A DNA stretch of 64,000 nt from an uncultured Acidobacteriaceae bacterium (GTDB taxonomy: Bacteria; Acidobacteriota; Terriglobia; Terriglobales; Acidobacteriaceae). A model generated the notes under the pieces. The model was not told the DNA's origin, made no database searches, and saw nothing but the letters and a program-made list of their open reading frames with translations. The position numbers were made by a program, and so were the translations under genes. The stretch's first letter is position 1; the number at the start of each line of letters is the position of its first letter. This document shows, in pieces, positions 36,903 through 49,849 of this stretch. The stretch is from positions 10,409-74,408 of the forward strand of contig CAWAKG010000023.1 in the NCBI GenBank assembly GCA_963782505.1. Reading direction: 5' to 3'.

Positions 36903-38390
36903 TTACTTCCGCTTCCAGCGCACGCCGTCCTTGGTGTTTTCCAGAATGATTCCCTTCTCCGCGAGCTGATTGCGAATTTCATCCGAACGCGCGAAGTTGC
37001 GGGCCTTACGCGCCTGCGAATGTTCGGCTACCAGGCGCTCGACCTCCGCGTCGGAGAGCGCCGCAGCCTTGGCGAGCTCGGCCGCCGCCGGCGTGACCTT
37101 GTCCTGCAAGCCTTCCTGCTGCGCCCATTCCACGATGGCGCGCACCTTGCCGGCATCGTCGTCCTGCAGTACGGCGAAAATTTCGTCGAACTGTCCCAGG
37201 GCTTTCAACACGTCCGCCACATCGTTTTTGCGCACCTCGCCCGTATCGGCCCCGGCGTTCACGTCGCGCACCAGGTCGAACATCGCGCCCAAGGCGCGCG
37301 CAGTGTTCAGATCGTCGCTCAGCGCGGCCGTCATCTCCTCCGACGCCTTCGTCGCCATCGCGGCTACCGCAGGATTGGAACCTTCCGGCCACTGCGTCGT
37401 CTCCAGCCGGAGCTTGAAGTTGCGCAATCGCTCAACCGAATTGGCCGCTTGCGTCAGGCCGTCGAAGGTGAAATTGAGCTGCTTGCGGTACGGTACCGAC
37501 ATCAGCAGGAAACGGACCGATGACGGCTTGTGGCCCATCAGCACCAGATCGCGCACGGTATAGAAGTTGCCGAGCTTCTTCGACATCTTCTCGCCTTCCA
37601 CCAGCAGGAAGCGCGAGTGCACCCAGAAGTGCGCGAAGGGCTTGCCGGTCATCGCCTCTGACTGCGCAATTTCGTTTTCGTGGTGCGGAAAGATCAGGTC
37701 TTCCCCGCCCGCGTGAATATCAAAGCTCTCGCCGAGGTACTTCATCGACATGAGCGAGCACTCGATGTGCCATCCCGGACGCCCCGGCCCGATCTCGGTG
37801 TCCCACTGCGCCTCGCCCGGCTTGGGAGCTTTCCACAGCGCGAAGTCACGCGCATTGTCCTTCTCGTACTCGTCCACATCGACGCGCGCGCCGTCCTCCA
37901 TGCCGCTGAAGTCTTTCTTCGACAGCTTGCCGTACTCGGGAAACTTGGCAATGCGGAAGTAGTACGAGCCATCCTCGGCCGGGTAGGCGTAGCCCTTGTC
38001 ACGCAGGCCGGCAATGAAGTGCGCCATCTCCTGAATGTGGTCGGTCGCGCTCACCAGCAATTCAGGATGCTGGATGTTCAGCGAGTCGGCGTCCTCCAGG
38101 AAAGCTTTCTTGTACTTTGCGGTGTACTCCTGCACGGTCACGCCGTCGCGCGCGGCGTTGCGAATAATTTTGTCATCCACGTCGGTAATGTTCATGACGT
38201 GCTTCAACTGGTAGCCGCTCTGCTTCAGGAAGCGGCGCAGGGTGTCGACCACGATAAAAGTGCGGAAGTTGCCGATGTGTCCGTAGTCATACACCGTGGG
38301 ACCGCAGGCGTACATCCGGACCAGGTTGTCTTCCAGCGGACGGAACTCCTCGACCTTCCCCGACAGGGTGTTAAAAAGCTCGATTGCCAT
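36903..38390 (-). CDS. cysS: Cysteine--tRNA ligase
   Basis: 495 aa with 'HIGN' and 'KMSKKLGN' class I signatures and the '[13 protein letters not shown]' N-terminus. Confidence 0.95.
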   Translation of the reverse strand: MAIELFNTLSGKVEEFRPLEDNLVRMYACGPTVYDYGHIGNFRTFIVVDTLRRFLKQSGYQLKHVMNITDVDDKIIRNAARDGVTVQEYTAKYKKAFLEDADSLNIQHPELLVSATDHIQEMAHFIAGLRDKGYAYPAEDGSYYFRIAKFPEYGKLSKKDFSGMEDGARVDVDEYEKDNARDFALWKAPKPGEAQWDTEIGPGRPGWHIECSLMSMKYLGESFDIHAGGEDLIFPHHENEIAQSEAMTGKPFAHFWVHSRFLLVEGEKMSKKLGNFYTVRDLVLMGHKPSSVRFLLMSVPYRKQLNFTFDGLTQAANSVERLRNFKLRLETTQWPEGSNPAVAAMATKASEEMTAALSDDLNTARALGAMFDLVRDVNAGADTGEVRKNDVADVLKALGQFDEIFAVLQDDDAGKVRAIVEWAQQEGLQDKVTPAAAELAKAAALSDAEVERLVAEHSQARKARNFARSDEIRNQLAEKGIILENTKDGVRWKRK

Positions 38391-38488
38391 GAAGCCTTTC
38401 AGATGCGACGAAAGAAATTCGATTGTAGGGGTGGGCGAGAAACAGGGTCAACCGCGGAGGGTATCAGATATCAGGTGTCAGTTCTGAG

Positions 38489-38603
38489 TTGTCATTCTCA
38501 GCGAGGACCCGAGCAGCGAGAGGAGGACGAGCCGAAGGACCGCTATGCCTGCGGCAACCTCTTCGATTTGTCATTCTGAGCGAAGCGAAGAACCTGCTTT
38601 TTC
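38489..38603. repeat. Two copies of the 'TTGTCATTCT(C/G)AGCGA(A/G)G...' intergenic repeat
   Basis: Copy a starts at 38489. Copy b (38568-38603) reads TTGTCATTCTGAGCGAAGCGAAGAACCTGCTTTTTC. A related copy lies at 41797-41832. Confidence 0.7.
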
Positions 38604-38701
38604 TATGACAGCAGCACATCCTTCGCTCCGACTCACTGCGTGCGCGCGCTCAGGATTACAAGCTATTTCTCTGGAACACGCGACGTTCCCAGAAAATTCC
38701 A

Positions 38702-39991
38702 CTACGGAGTGATCTCAAAAATAACGCCTCTGCTATAGGCTCCGCCGCGAGAAGCCGTTCCATAGATGTTGCCATTGGCGTCGAATACCAGGCTGGAATA
38801 CGGATTGCCTCCATCGGCTAGGCCAGTGAAGTCGTGCAGCGAGCTATAGGTCCAGGTATTGCCGGAACGCGTCAGCTTGAAAACCGAGCCACCATGGTAG
38901 GCGCCGTCGCACCGCGTGGTGCCGTAAAGATTGCCCGCGGCGTCCATGACGAGAGTGCCAAAGGGTCCGCACTCCACCCCGCCGGGGTTGGTGAGCCCAT
39001 AGAGCACGCTATAGTTCCAGTTGGATCCCGAAGGAGTCAGTTCGAAAACGGTACCGCCCGCGCCGGAACCCGCATCCGATGCGGCCCCGTAGAGATTGCC
39101 CGCCTGATCGAAGATGAGCCCGACATACGGAAGGCCTCCGTCGTTCCCGCCCTGAAAAACGTAAATGTCGTTCTCCATCCAGCCAAACTGGCCCTGCGTC
39201 AACTGAAAAACCGTGCCTTCCTCAGGTTGGCCGCCGATGAACGTCGTGCCGTAGAGATTGCCGCTCTTGTCCATGACAAGCCCGTTAAAGGGCTCCTTGC
39301 CCTGCACCGCTTGCCCAAAGCTCCAGAGCCTGGTCTTGATCCAGCTATTGCCGTTCCGCGTCAACATGTATACCGTGCCGCATCCGACACCCACAGGAAG
39401 ACATTCCTGTGATGTGCCGCCCACCTGCGTCGTGCCGTAAATGTTGCCGGCCTGGTCGAAAATGAGAGCGCCAAAGGGGTCTGCTCCGTCAACGCCGCCC
39501 TGGAATTGAACCAGTTGGGTTTCTTTCCATGGGCAATTGGCGGTCTTGCAAATGGTCGGCGAGGGATGCAGGCTGTACAACGTGCCACAGCCATAACCAT
39601 TACATCCGAAATTACCGCCGTTCTCCGTGGTGCCATACAGCGCGCCGTCGGGGCCGATGGTGATGGCAGCAAAAGGCTGCGCCCCGTCACTGCCGCCCTG
39701 GAAGCTGTAAAGCGGTGTCAGTGACCAGTTGGAACCGACTCGATTCAAACTGAAGACTACGCCTTGGTTGGCCGTGCCGCCGAAGTACGCCGTGCCGTAA
39801 AAACTTCCCGGGGCATAAGGCGTCAAGCCGGTATAGGGATTGGCTCCGTCGGCACCGCCGCTAAAGTCATGAATCACCTTAAATGTCTGCGCCTGGGCTA
39901 CGCCCAGCGTTAGTAACAAGACCAGAGCGAGGGCAGAAACTGCCGCCCGTACATTTCCTTTCCGGTAGAACTTTCCAGATGAGTAAGACAT
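38702..39991 (-). CDS. Secreted tandem-repeat protein of the GloVer type (choice-of-anchor repeat)
   Basis: Internal start MSYSSG follows GAGGAG. Signal peptide present. About 8 repeats of 'GG.DG..P...L..D..GNLYGTT..GG'. Confidence 0.75.
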   Translation of the reverse strand: MSYSSGKFYRKGNVRAAVSALALVLLLTLGVAQAQTFKVIHDFSGGADGANPYTGLTPYAPGSFYGTAYFGGTANQGVVFSLNRVGSNWSLTPLYSFQGGSDGAQPFAAITIGPDGALYGTTENGGNFGCNGYGCGTLYSLHPSPTICKTANCPWKETQLVQFQGGVDGADPFGALIFDQAGNIYGTTQVGGTSQECLPVGVGCGTVYMLTRNGNSWIKTRLWSFGQAVQGKEPFNGLVMDKSGNLYGTTFIGGQPEEGTVFQLTQGQFGWMENDIYVFQGGNDGGLPYVGLIFDQAGNLYGAASDAGSGAGGTVFELTPSGSNWNYSVLYGLTNPGGVECGPFGTLVMDAAGNLYGTTRCDGAYHGGSVFKLTRSGNTWTYSSLHDFTGLADGGNPYSSLVFDANGNIYGTASRGGAYSRGVIFEITP

Positions 39992-40046
39992 GGGAGTGCT
40001 CCTCGGCTTCGGATTATAGGCTCGTGTTCTCCGCCCCAAAACGAAA

Positions 40047-41120
40047 ATGCCTGGAATTCAATCAGCCATTCAAAGCGGGGGCGAATTGCGCTACTCTGTT
40101 GGCGTGATCGCTGTCGGGACACGTTTGCGAATCTTTTGTATGGGGCTGCTGCTTGCGCTGCTCGCCGCGAATGTCCATGCCGCCGGTCAGACGCTGACAC
40201 CCTCTCCCAAGCTCTCGCCTCGCACGCGAACAACGTCATCAACCCCCAAGACTACGACCGTTCCTCTCCCGTACGATGCTCTGCTTCCTGTGCCTGCCAG
40301 AGGCATTCCCGCCGGGCTGGAGCCTTTCTTCCAGCTCGGTAACTCGGACATCAAGTTTTCCTTCGACCATCTGACAGAGATCCTGCGCGACAAAAAGCAT
40401 GAGGGCTGGGTATTGGCCGCTTATCCCGATCCCAAGACCAGCGATCCGCTGATCGGCGCCGGCTTCACCCTCAGCTTGCCGGCGCGGGAGCATCCGCAAA
40501 GCGATCCCCTAAATCCGCACCAATTCCTGGAACCTTCCTCCGAGCAGTTATGGCAGGCAGCCGGCTTCGATTCGCAGCGCCTCCAGTCCATCCTCAACCA
40601 ATACGAATCCAACCTGGAGGCGTGGGGCACGCGCAAATATCGCAAGAAGATTCGCACCCACGAACTAACCGACCAACTGACCGAGGATGAGGCCCTGAGT
40701 CTGCTCCGGGTTGCTGAAGTGCAGGCGATCCACAACGCCCGCGCTTATTGCCGCAGCTTCGATCAGCTCACCGCATCGCAGCAGATGGCCCTGACCCAGC
40801 TGGTCTACCAGATGGGCATCAACCTGGAGGAATTCACCCAGTTCCTGTCGCTCATCAATCAAGATCCACGCTTCGAAAATGCGTCCTTCACCATCGGCGC
40901 GGGAACCGATCGCCAATACTGGCAGGAAGTGCAGGCCAGCCTGATCCACAGCCAATGGGCGCGCAAGTATTCGACGCGCGCCATCACCGTGATCGCCATG
41001 TTGGACCCCGACTACGCCGAAAGCCCATCAGCCGCAGAGCGCCGGGTGAAAGCTACTCTTCAGCCGGCAAGACATCACCACAAAAAGAAAAAGAGCAAGT
41101 CCCGCTCCGCCGAGGCGTAA
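40047..41120 (+). CDS. Secreted protein with a phage-lysozyme-like (GH24-like) domain
   Basis: 357 aa (start possibly at MGLLLALLAANVHAAG). 'HEGWVLAAYPDP...PLIGAGF' and 'SQQMALTQLVYQMG' resemble GH24 motifs. Assignment is tentative. Confidence 0.4.
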   Translation: MPGIQSAIQSGGELRYSVGVIAVGTRLRIFCMGLLLALLAANVHAAGQTLTPSPKLSPRTRTTSSTPKTTTVPLPYDALLPVPARGIPAGLEPFFQLGNSDIKFSFDHLTEILRDKKHEGWVLAAYPDPKTSDPLIGAGFTLSLPAREHPQSDPLNPHQFLEPSSEQLWQAAGFDSQRLQSILNQYESNLEAWGTRKYRKKIRTHELTDQLTEDEALSLLRVAEVQAIHNARAYCRSFDQLTASQQMALTQLVYQMGINLEEFTQFLSLINQDPRFENASFTIGAGTDRQYWQEVQASLIHSQWARKYSTRAITVIAMLDPDYAESPSAAERRVKATLQPARHHHKKKKSKSRSAEA

Positions 41121-41160
41121 AAACAACGGGTGTCCTCCTGTAGACTTTGTCTATTCGCGC

Positions 41161-41772
41161 ATGAACAGCAACCACTTGGGTTTTACTCCGGCGGAGCTAC
41201 GCAAGCTGAGCAGTTTCAAGGAGCCTTACGGAATCCAGCGCTTCCTCGACGGCCTGCCCTACCACCTCGAGGACACGGCCTGGTCGCCGCGCCGCGTGCT
41301 GCGCGAAGGCACCGCCCACTGCCTCGAAGGAGCCCTTTTCGCCGCCGCCGCATTGCGCGCGCTCGGCCATCCTCCGCTGATCGTCGACTTCGAAGCCGAG
41401 CACGACACCGATCACGTCCTCGCTGTCTTCAAGGTCAAGAACCACTGGGGAGCGCTGGCCAAGTCGAACTACACCGGATGCCGGTATCGCGAGCCCGTCT
41501 ACCGCTCGCTGCGCGAGCTCGCCATGAGTTACTTCAACATTTACTTCAATATGCGGCGCGAACGCTCGCTGCGCACCTTCTCGCGGCCGGTCAACCTGGC
41601 GCGCTTCGACGATCACCACTGGATGACGAGCGAGCAGCCCATCTGGTTCATCCCCATTTACCTCTTTGAAGTGAAGCACTACCCGCTACTTACCCCGGCC
41701 ATGATCAAGCGCCTGCACCGCGTGGACGAACGGACCTTCCAGGGCGAACTCCTGGGCAAGGCACTAAAGTAA
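41161..41772 (+). CDS. Transglutaminase-like cysteine-peptidase-fold protein
   Basis: 203 aa. 'GTAHCLEGALFAAAALRALGHPPLIV...DHVLAVF' has Cys/His spacing typical of the transglutaminase core. Confidence 0.45.
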   Translation: MNSNHLGFTPAELRKLSSFKEPYGIQRFLDGLPYHLEDTAWSPRRVLREGTAHCLEGALFAAAALRALGHPPLIVDFEAEHDTDHVLAVFKVKNHWGALAKSNYTGCRYREPVYRSLRELAMSYFNIYFNMRRERSLRTFSRPVNLARFDDHHWMTSEQPIWFIPIYLFEVKHYPLLTPAMIKRLHRVDERTFQGELLGKALK

Positions 41773-41796
41773 GCAAACCCAATCCATTACTCAGGA

Positions 41797-41832
41797 TTGT
41801 CGTGACGAGCGAAGCGAGGCATCTGCTTTTTC
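41797..41832. repeat. Copy of the 'GTC(A/G)T...GAGCGAAGCGAGG...CTGCTTTTTC' repeat
   Basis: TTGTCGTGACGAGCGAAGCGAGGCATCTGCTTTTTC. Compare 38568-38603. Confidence 0.6.
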
Positions 41833-41955
41833 GCCTGCGCGCCTAAGGGTAAATGCTCTTCTTCACCACCGAGGGCACGAGAACACGGAGAACCCAGACT
41901 TTCGGATTCCTCCGTCGCCTCTGTGGCAAACACTTTTCTTCTACAATCCCCTCTT

Positions 41956-42693
41956 ATGGTCTTTCGCTCCGACAATCGCTCCCCCGAACAGATGCGCCCG
42001 GTTAACATCGTGCCCGACTTCATCTCGACCGCTGAGGGCTCGTGCCTCCTCGAACTGGGCAACACCCGCGTCATCTGTACTGCCACCATTGAAGATACGG
42101 TCCCGCAATTCCTGCGCAACAGCGGCAAAGGATGGGTCACAGCCGAATATTCCATGCTGCCGCGCGCCACGCTGACTCGTACCCCGCGTGAGGTCGCCAA
42201 GGGCCATCCCAGCGGACGCACACAGGAGATCCAGCGCCTTATTGGCCGCTCGCTGCGCGCCGTCACCGAGATGGACAAGCTGGGCGAGCGTACGCTGTTT
42301 CTCGACTGCGACGTCATCCAGGCCGACGGCGGTACTCGCACAGCGTCGATCACCGGAGCGTTCGTTGCCATGGGGCTCGCCATGCTGCGCATGATGGAGT
42401 CAGGCGCCATCAGCGTGGCCCCGATTCGTGACTATGTCGCCGCCACCAGTGTCGGCATTGTCGACGGCGAGGTCATGCTCGATCTGGCCTATGAAGAGGA
42501 CTCCCGTGCTGATGTTGACATGAACCTGGTCGTCACCGGCAGCAAGCGCATCATCGAAGTGCAGGCTACGGCGGAGAAACGTCCGTTTGATGACATTCAA
42601 TTCAACAAGATGATGGCGCTGGCCCGCGGAGGGATCGAGTCTCTCATCCTTAAGCAGCAGGCCGTGCTGAAGGGACTGCTGCTGCGGCAGTGA
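41956..42693 (+). CDS. rph: Ribonuclease PH
   Basis: Internal start MVFRSDNR. 'AEGSCLLELGNTRVICTA...GWVTAEYSMLPRAT..R..RE' and 'DCDVIQADGGTRTASITGA' motifs. Confidence 0.9.
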   Translation: MVFRSDNRSPEQMRPVNIVPDFISTAEGSCLLELGNTRVICTATIEDTVPQFLRNSGKGWVTAEYSMLPRATLTRTPREVAKGHPSGRTQEIQRLIGRSLRAVTEMDKLGERTLFLDCDVIQADGGTRTASITGAFVAMGLAMLRMMESGAISVAPIRDYVAATSVGIVDGEVMLDLAYEEDSRADVDMNLVVTGSKRIIEVQATAEKRPFDDIQFNKMMALARGGIESLILKQQAVLKGLLLRQ

Positions 42694-42697
42694 CCTC

Positions 42698-42732
42698 GCT
42701 CTTGGCTGTTGGCTCTTGGCCTTTAGCTTTTG
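42698..42732. repeat. Heptad array (5 x GCnnTTG-type 7-mers)
   Basis: GCTCTTG GCTGTTG GCTCTTG GCCTTTA GCTTTTG, starting 4 nt after the rph stop. Confidence 0.75.
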
Positions 42733-42937
42733 CCATCCTAAGCGGAGGACCTGCTGTTCTTGCATCCCGATCGAGTCATCGTAAGCGAACGCTCTTCATC
42801 CGCAAAAGCTCGCGTTGCGGGGCAGCGACTGCGTGGTCGGCCCCAAGGCGCAAGCCCGGGGTGGATTGCATCGTTACGATGCCTGGCCGCGTTGCGGCCC
42901 GCGAGGGCCAAAACCCGGATACAATCTTTGAGTCTCG

Positions 42938-44447
42938 ATGCCGCAACCCGCACAGGCGCCACCACCGCCCCGAATTTACAATGGCCCTGCAACCGGTTTT
43001 CTTACGGCCGTCATCTTTTTCTTCTTCGGCCTGTTTGCCATCTTGCTGCCCTGGTCCATCAAGGGCGCGCGCTATGCCTGGATTGCCGCCTTTAGTCTAT
43101 GGATTGTCGGCCTCATCCTCGAACGCAAGCGCCTCTATCCGCAGCCGCTGGCGCTGCCTCTGCTGGCTTACATCGTTCTGAGCGGTCGTCTCGTGCGTCT
43201 TCTCCTACGAGCCTTACATGAGTTGGCCGCACATGAAATTGGTCTGCTGGACCGCGCTAATCGCGACCCTCTTCGCCCAGAACCTTCGCCGCCTTTCGCA
43301 GGTCCGCACTCTCGTCCTCCTGCTGCTGCTCTCGGCGACCGCGGTTGCAGGCTTCACTGCGTGGCAATACGTGCGCGGGATCGGTCTGCGCATCGTCTCC
43401 GTCGTCTACCAGTCTCCGCTTCATCTCGCCGGACTGCGTCCCGACGACACACTAGTCGCCATCAACGGCTACTCCTTGCACTCCTCCTCCGACGTGGTCA
43501 AGGCAGCCGCGGCGGTCCCGGGCGACACCATCGTGCCCGTGCGCTTTCTTCGCGGGTTTCCGGTGCGTCGAAAAGACACCTTTGCTCGCGCCGGCGACTT
43601 CGTCAGCGCCAACCAAGTGACGCCCACACTCGTCCTTGCCAAAGCCCGGCCGTTGCGCGCCCAGGGCACGCTCGGCCATCCAGGGATCCTTGCGGAGGTG
43701 CTGGCACCGATCGCGTGTCTGGCATGGGCGCTGATGCTGGGGACGCCGGCGCGCCGGCGCCTACGCCAACTGTTCTTCGCCGCCACCTTCCTTGCCATCA
43801 CCGCTGCCGTTTTCGCCACCCAGAGCCGCTCTGCCCTCAGCGGGCTGCTGGCCGGCTGCCTGATCGCCCTCTTGTTTATGGCTCCCCGGCGGGCGCGTCT
43901 CTGGCTGATCGCGGCGCTGGTTGTGCTCGCGCTCGGCGCCGCCTTCTGGATTCAGCACACCCGCGGCCTGAAGTGGGTCGATATGCGCGACCCCGGCACA
44001 CAATATCGCGTGCTAATGTGGAAGGACGGTGCGCGCCTCGTCCTGCAACATCCTCTGTTCGGCGTGGGCATGGACTCGATCCAGAACCACTGGCCCGAGT
44101 GGAACCTGCACGGCTTCGAGCGTTTCCATGAGTTCTGGAACTTCCACTCCGACATCGTGCAGCTTGCCGCCGAGCGCGGCCTGCTGACGCTCGCGGCGTG
44201 GTTGTGGTTCGTCGTCGCTTACACTGTTTATCTGCTGCGCCTGCTGCCTCAAATGTGGCAACGAACGCGCTTTGGCTGGGCGGCCGTCACCGGCATTCTC
44301 ACCGGCTTCGTCGCATTCCTTCTTACTTCTTTGGTCGAGTCGTCCCTGGGCGACGACACGCTCGTTATGCTGCTGTTCTTCTGCTGCGGCGTCGCCATCG
44401 CGATGGAGCGCATGCTGGGCGAGCGCGGCGCCATCGACGTGGCGTAG
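42938..44447 (+). pseudogene. O-antigen ligase (Wzy_C)-family membrane protein with an inserted PDZ-like domain; frameshifted as sequenced
   Basis: N-terminal TM segments lie in ORF 42938... The remainder ('SCVFSYEPYMSW...ATQSRSALSGLLAG...FHSDIVQLAAERG') lies in ORF 43218..44447. The frames switch near 43180-43190. Confidence 0.7.
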
Positions 44448-44454
44448 GGAGGCC

Positions 44455-44510
44455 GCTTTTGGCTTTTGGCTTTTGGCTTTTGGCTTTTGGCTCTTAGCTC
44501 TTAGCTCTTG
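44455..44510. repeat. Heptad tandem array (8 units)
   Basis: 5 x GCTTTTG (44455-44489), then GCTCTTA GCTCTTA GCTCTTG. Confidence 0.85.
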
Positions 44511-44706
44511 TAACCACGAGCGCCTTCCTTTTAACGCGAGGGACCTGCTCTTGCTCTGCATTAAGAACCGCTCACCACGGAGAAGTCCGAGATCACGGAG
44601 GAAGCCGCATTCCTGATATGTCGTCCTCGATGACCTCCATGTCCTCCGTGGTGAATGTTTTGGCCCTTGACATCCGGAATTAGCGGCCGGCTCGAAGAAC
44701 CGCCAT

Positions 44707-46390
44707 TTGCCAAACGCCAAGTGCCAAGTGCTAAATGCTAAGTGCGACTTATCCATCGAGACTGCCACCATCGCCGCACGATCCAACTCGCCTCGCCTTC
44801 GCTTGATTCCCTGCGTGCTGCTGGCGCTCTTCGCGGCGCAATCGCTCTGGTTCGTCGCGACTCAATCGCTCACCTATGACGAGCCGGCGCACATCCTCGC
44901 GGGTTCCGACGCGTGGCGGCTCTGGCAAGTTCGAACGCTGGAACGATCATCCGCCGCTCGGCCGTCTCTGGCTGACACTGCCCGTCGCGTGCACGGCAAT
45001 CGACGCCCAGGTCGAATTCAGCGAACGCAACTTTCTCGTGACCCGCCTTGCCCCCGGGCCGGAGTGGCTCGCATGGCGCACGCGCCCCATGAACACCTTG
45101 CTCGGCCTGGCCCTCGGAGTGGCATTGTGGTTCGCCACGCGCCGTCTCTTCTCCGAAGGCGCAGCTAACGTGGCGCTCACGCTGTTTGCGTTCACTCCAT
45201 CGCTCATCGCGCATTTCTCCGTCGCCACCACCGACGGCATAGGCACGCTTTTCATTTTTCTGGTTGCGATACAGCTCATCCGATGGCGACACCGCCGGAG
45301 CGCCGGGCAAACCGTGCTGATGGGTCTCGCGCTCGGCGGCCTTCTGCTGTCGAAGTTCTATGCGCCGCCGCTGGTCTTGCTGGCACTGGTCCTGATGCTG
45401 ATCGTCAACCCCGATGAAAGCCGCCTGCTTTCGCGCAGGCTCAACTGGAAGCCAGCTCTCGCAGCGCTGGGCATCGCCCTGTTTGTGCTCTGGGCCGGCT
45501 ACTTCTTTCATGTCTCGCATCTCGAAGTTGGCGATGGCCACGTTCGCGCCAGCTTCCCCCACCGCCCGGTGCGCGACTGGCCCTCGACCACCAAACTTCA
45601 CCTCAGCACGTTTGTCCCCGCAGGAGAATACGTCGAAGGCCTGCGTGAGCTCGCCCGCAGCAACCATAGCGGACGCCCGGCATGGTTTCTGGGCAAGCTC
45701 TATCCGCATGGGGGAATTCTGGCGTACTATCCGGTGGCCATCGCGCTGAAATGGCCGGCCGTTCTGCTGCTTTTCCTTGTGTGCGGGCCTGTGCGTCCGC
45801 ATCCGGAAGAAATCCCGCTCGCCGTCTGACCTGCTCTTGGTCAGCTGTTTCCCATCGTCTTCTTCGTCTTTGCGCTGAACGCAAGGTTCAATATCGGCGA
45901 GCGACACATTCTGCCGCTGTATCCTTTCGCTTTATTGCTCGCAGGCGGCATTTGGGAGCGCGCTCGCGCCTCAAACCTCGGCAGGACACTCGTAATCCTG
46001 GCCCTTTGCCTCAACGCCGCCGACGCGCTGCGCTATGCTCCCGACTATCTCGCGTACTTCAACGTCTTCGTTCGCCCGCAAAACAGTTGGCATCTGCTCA
46101 CCGACAGCAATCTCGACTGGGGACAAGGCTTGATCGCGCTGCGCGACTACCAGCAGCAACACCCTGACGAGCCGATCTATTTGGCCTACTTCGGATCAAT
46201 CGACCCGTCGCTCTATGGCATCCACGCCACGCCCCTCGCAGCCAACGAGCAGCTAAAAGGAACGCTCATCGTCAGCCCTACTCTCCTCTCCGGCCAAAAT
46301 CTGGAAGACAGCGACGCCTATCGGTGGCTCGGGCCGTATGCTCCGGCGCGGGTGCTTGATCACTCGCTGTGGGTGTACGACGTGCGTTAG
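44707..46390 (+). pseudogene. GT39/GT83-like (ArnT/PMT-type) membrane glycosyltransferase, disrupted as sequenced
   Basis: 'YDEPAHILAGSDAW' switches frame near 44911-44920 to 'GKFERWNDHPPLGRLW...'. An in-frame TGA at 45827-45829 separates ORF 44876..45829 from the same-frame continuation '...FPIVFFVFALNARFNIGERHILPLYP...' ending at 46390. Confidence 0.65.
44709..44743. repeat. Heptad array in inverse orientation to 44455-44510
   Basis: GCCAAAC GCCAAGT GCCAAGT GCTAAAT GCTAAGT, partly complementary to the GCTTTTG array. Confidence 0.75.
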
Positions 46391-46593
46391 CGCGACTCTC
46401 CCACCCAAGGCCAAGACAAGGCTGGGACGGGCACCCTGACAGCCGATGCCTGTTACCCATCCCATTAACTGGCGGCTGATAGCTGATAGTTTCTGACAAA
46501 GGCTGGCATCTGCTGGCCAGCGGCTTTAAGATAAAGAGTGCCCGCCGTTTTGCCGCGCCCTGACTCGTCTTCTTCAGAAGGAAGGACTCATAC

Positions 46594-49345
<2,752 letters not shown>

Positions 49346-49849
49346 TACCACAACAAGGAATCTATGAGGTTGCCATCCTGAGCTCGGTCGCCCGACCTTT
49401 GGCGGGCCGAGCGAAGTACCTGCTGTTTCCTTCCTTGTCGCCTTCTTCTGGACGACAGGGGAGGGCTTATACTCCACTTGTTATGCGGCATCGACTGCTC
49501 TTACTGACTGCGATCACAGTGATGCTCTGCCTCGGTTCGAGTTACGCTCAGCAATCAGATATCCCTTCGGAACTTATGAAATCGCCGTCGCCCGACGGGA
49601 GAACCGCCCCTTAGAGTCTCTGGCGCTTATGGCGGGTCCCCTGAACATTCGCGCATTTCGAATGTGTGGGGAATAAATCTGAAGGAACTGAGAAATCCAG
49701 AATTCGCAATCCATCGAGAGCAGAAAGTTGTTCGATTCGGCAACAAGGATTTTGATTCGCCCCACTCCCGCCGATGCTACAATCGCGCGCATTGCCCTTC
49801 TGGGCGAATGTGCCGTCTGCGCCGCGACGGCCGCATGATCGGAGACCCC

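Noticed and set aside
40047-41772. Prophage remnant, suggested by a lysozyme-like and a transglutaminase-like gene
   Set aside because: There are no capsid, tail, terminase or integrase genes, and no att-like repeats. GC content and context look chromosomal. The lysozyme assignment itself is tentative.
44455-44510. Possible CRISPR array or coding tandem repeat
   Set aside because: The units are 7 nt with no spacers, and there are no cas genes anywhere in the window. This is a simple heptad tandem repeat.
45827-45829. Selenocysteine recoding of the in-frame TGA
   Set aside because: I saw no SECIS-like hairpin immediately downstream, and nothing suggests a redox-active site in this membrane glycosyltransferase. 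A mutation or error is more likely.
49484-49614. 43-aa ORF with a signal peptide ('MRHRLLLLTAITVMLCLGSSYAQQ...SPSPDGRTAP*')
   Set aside because: It may be the truncated start of a PD40/TolB-like gene or simply noise. It is too short and isolated to support as a feature.
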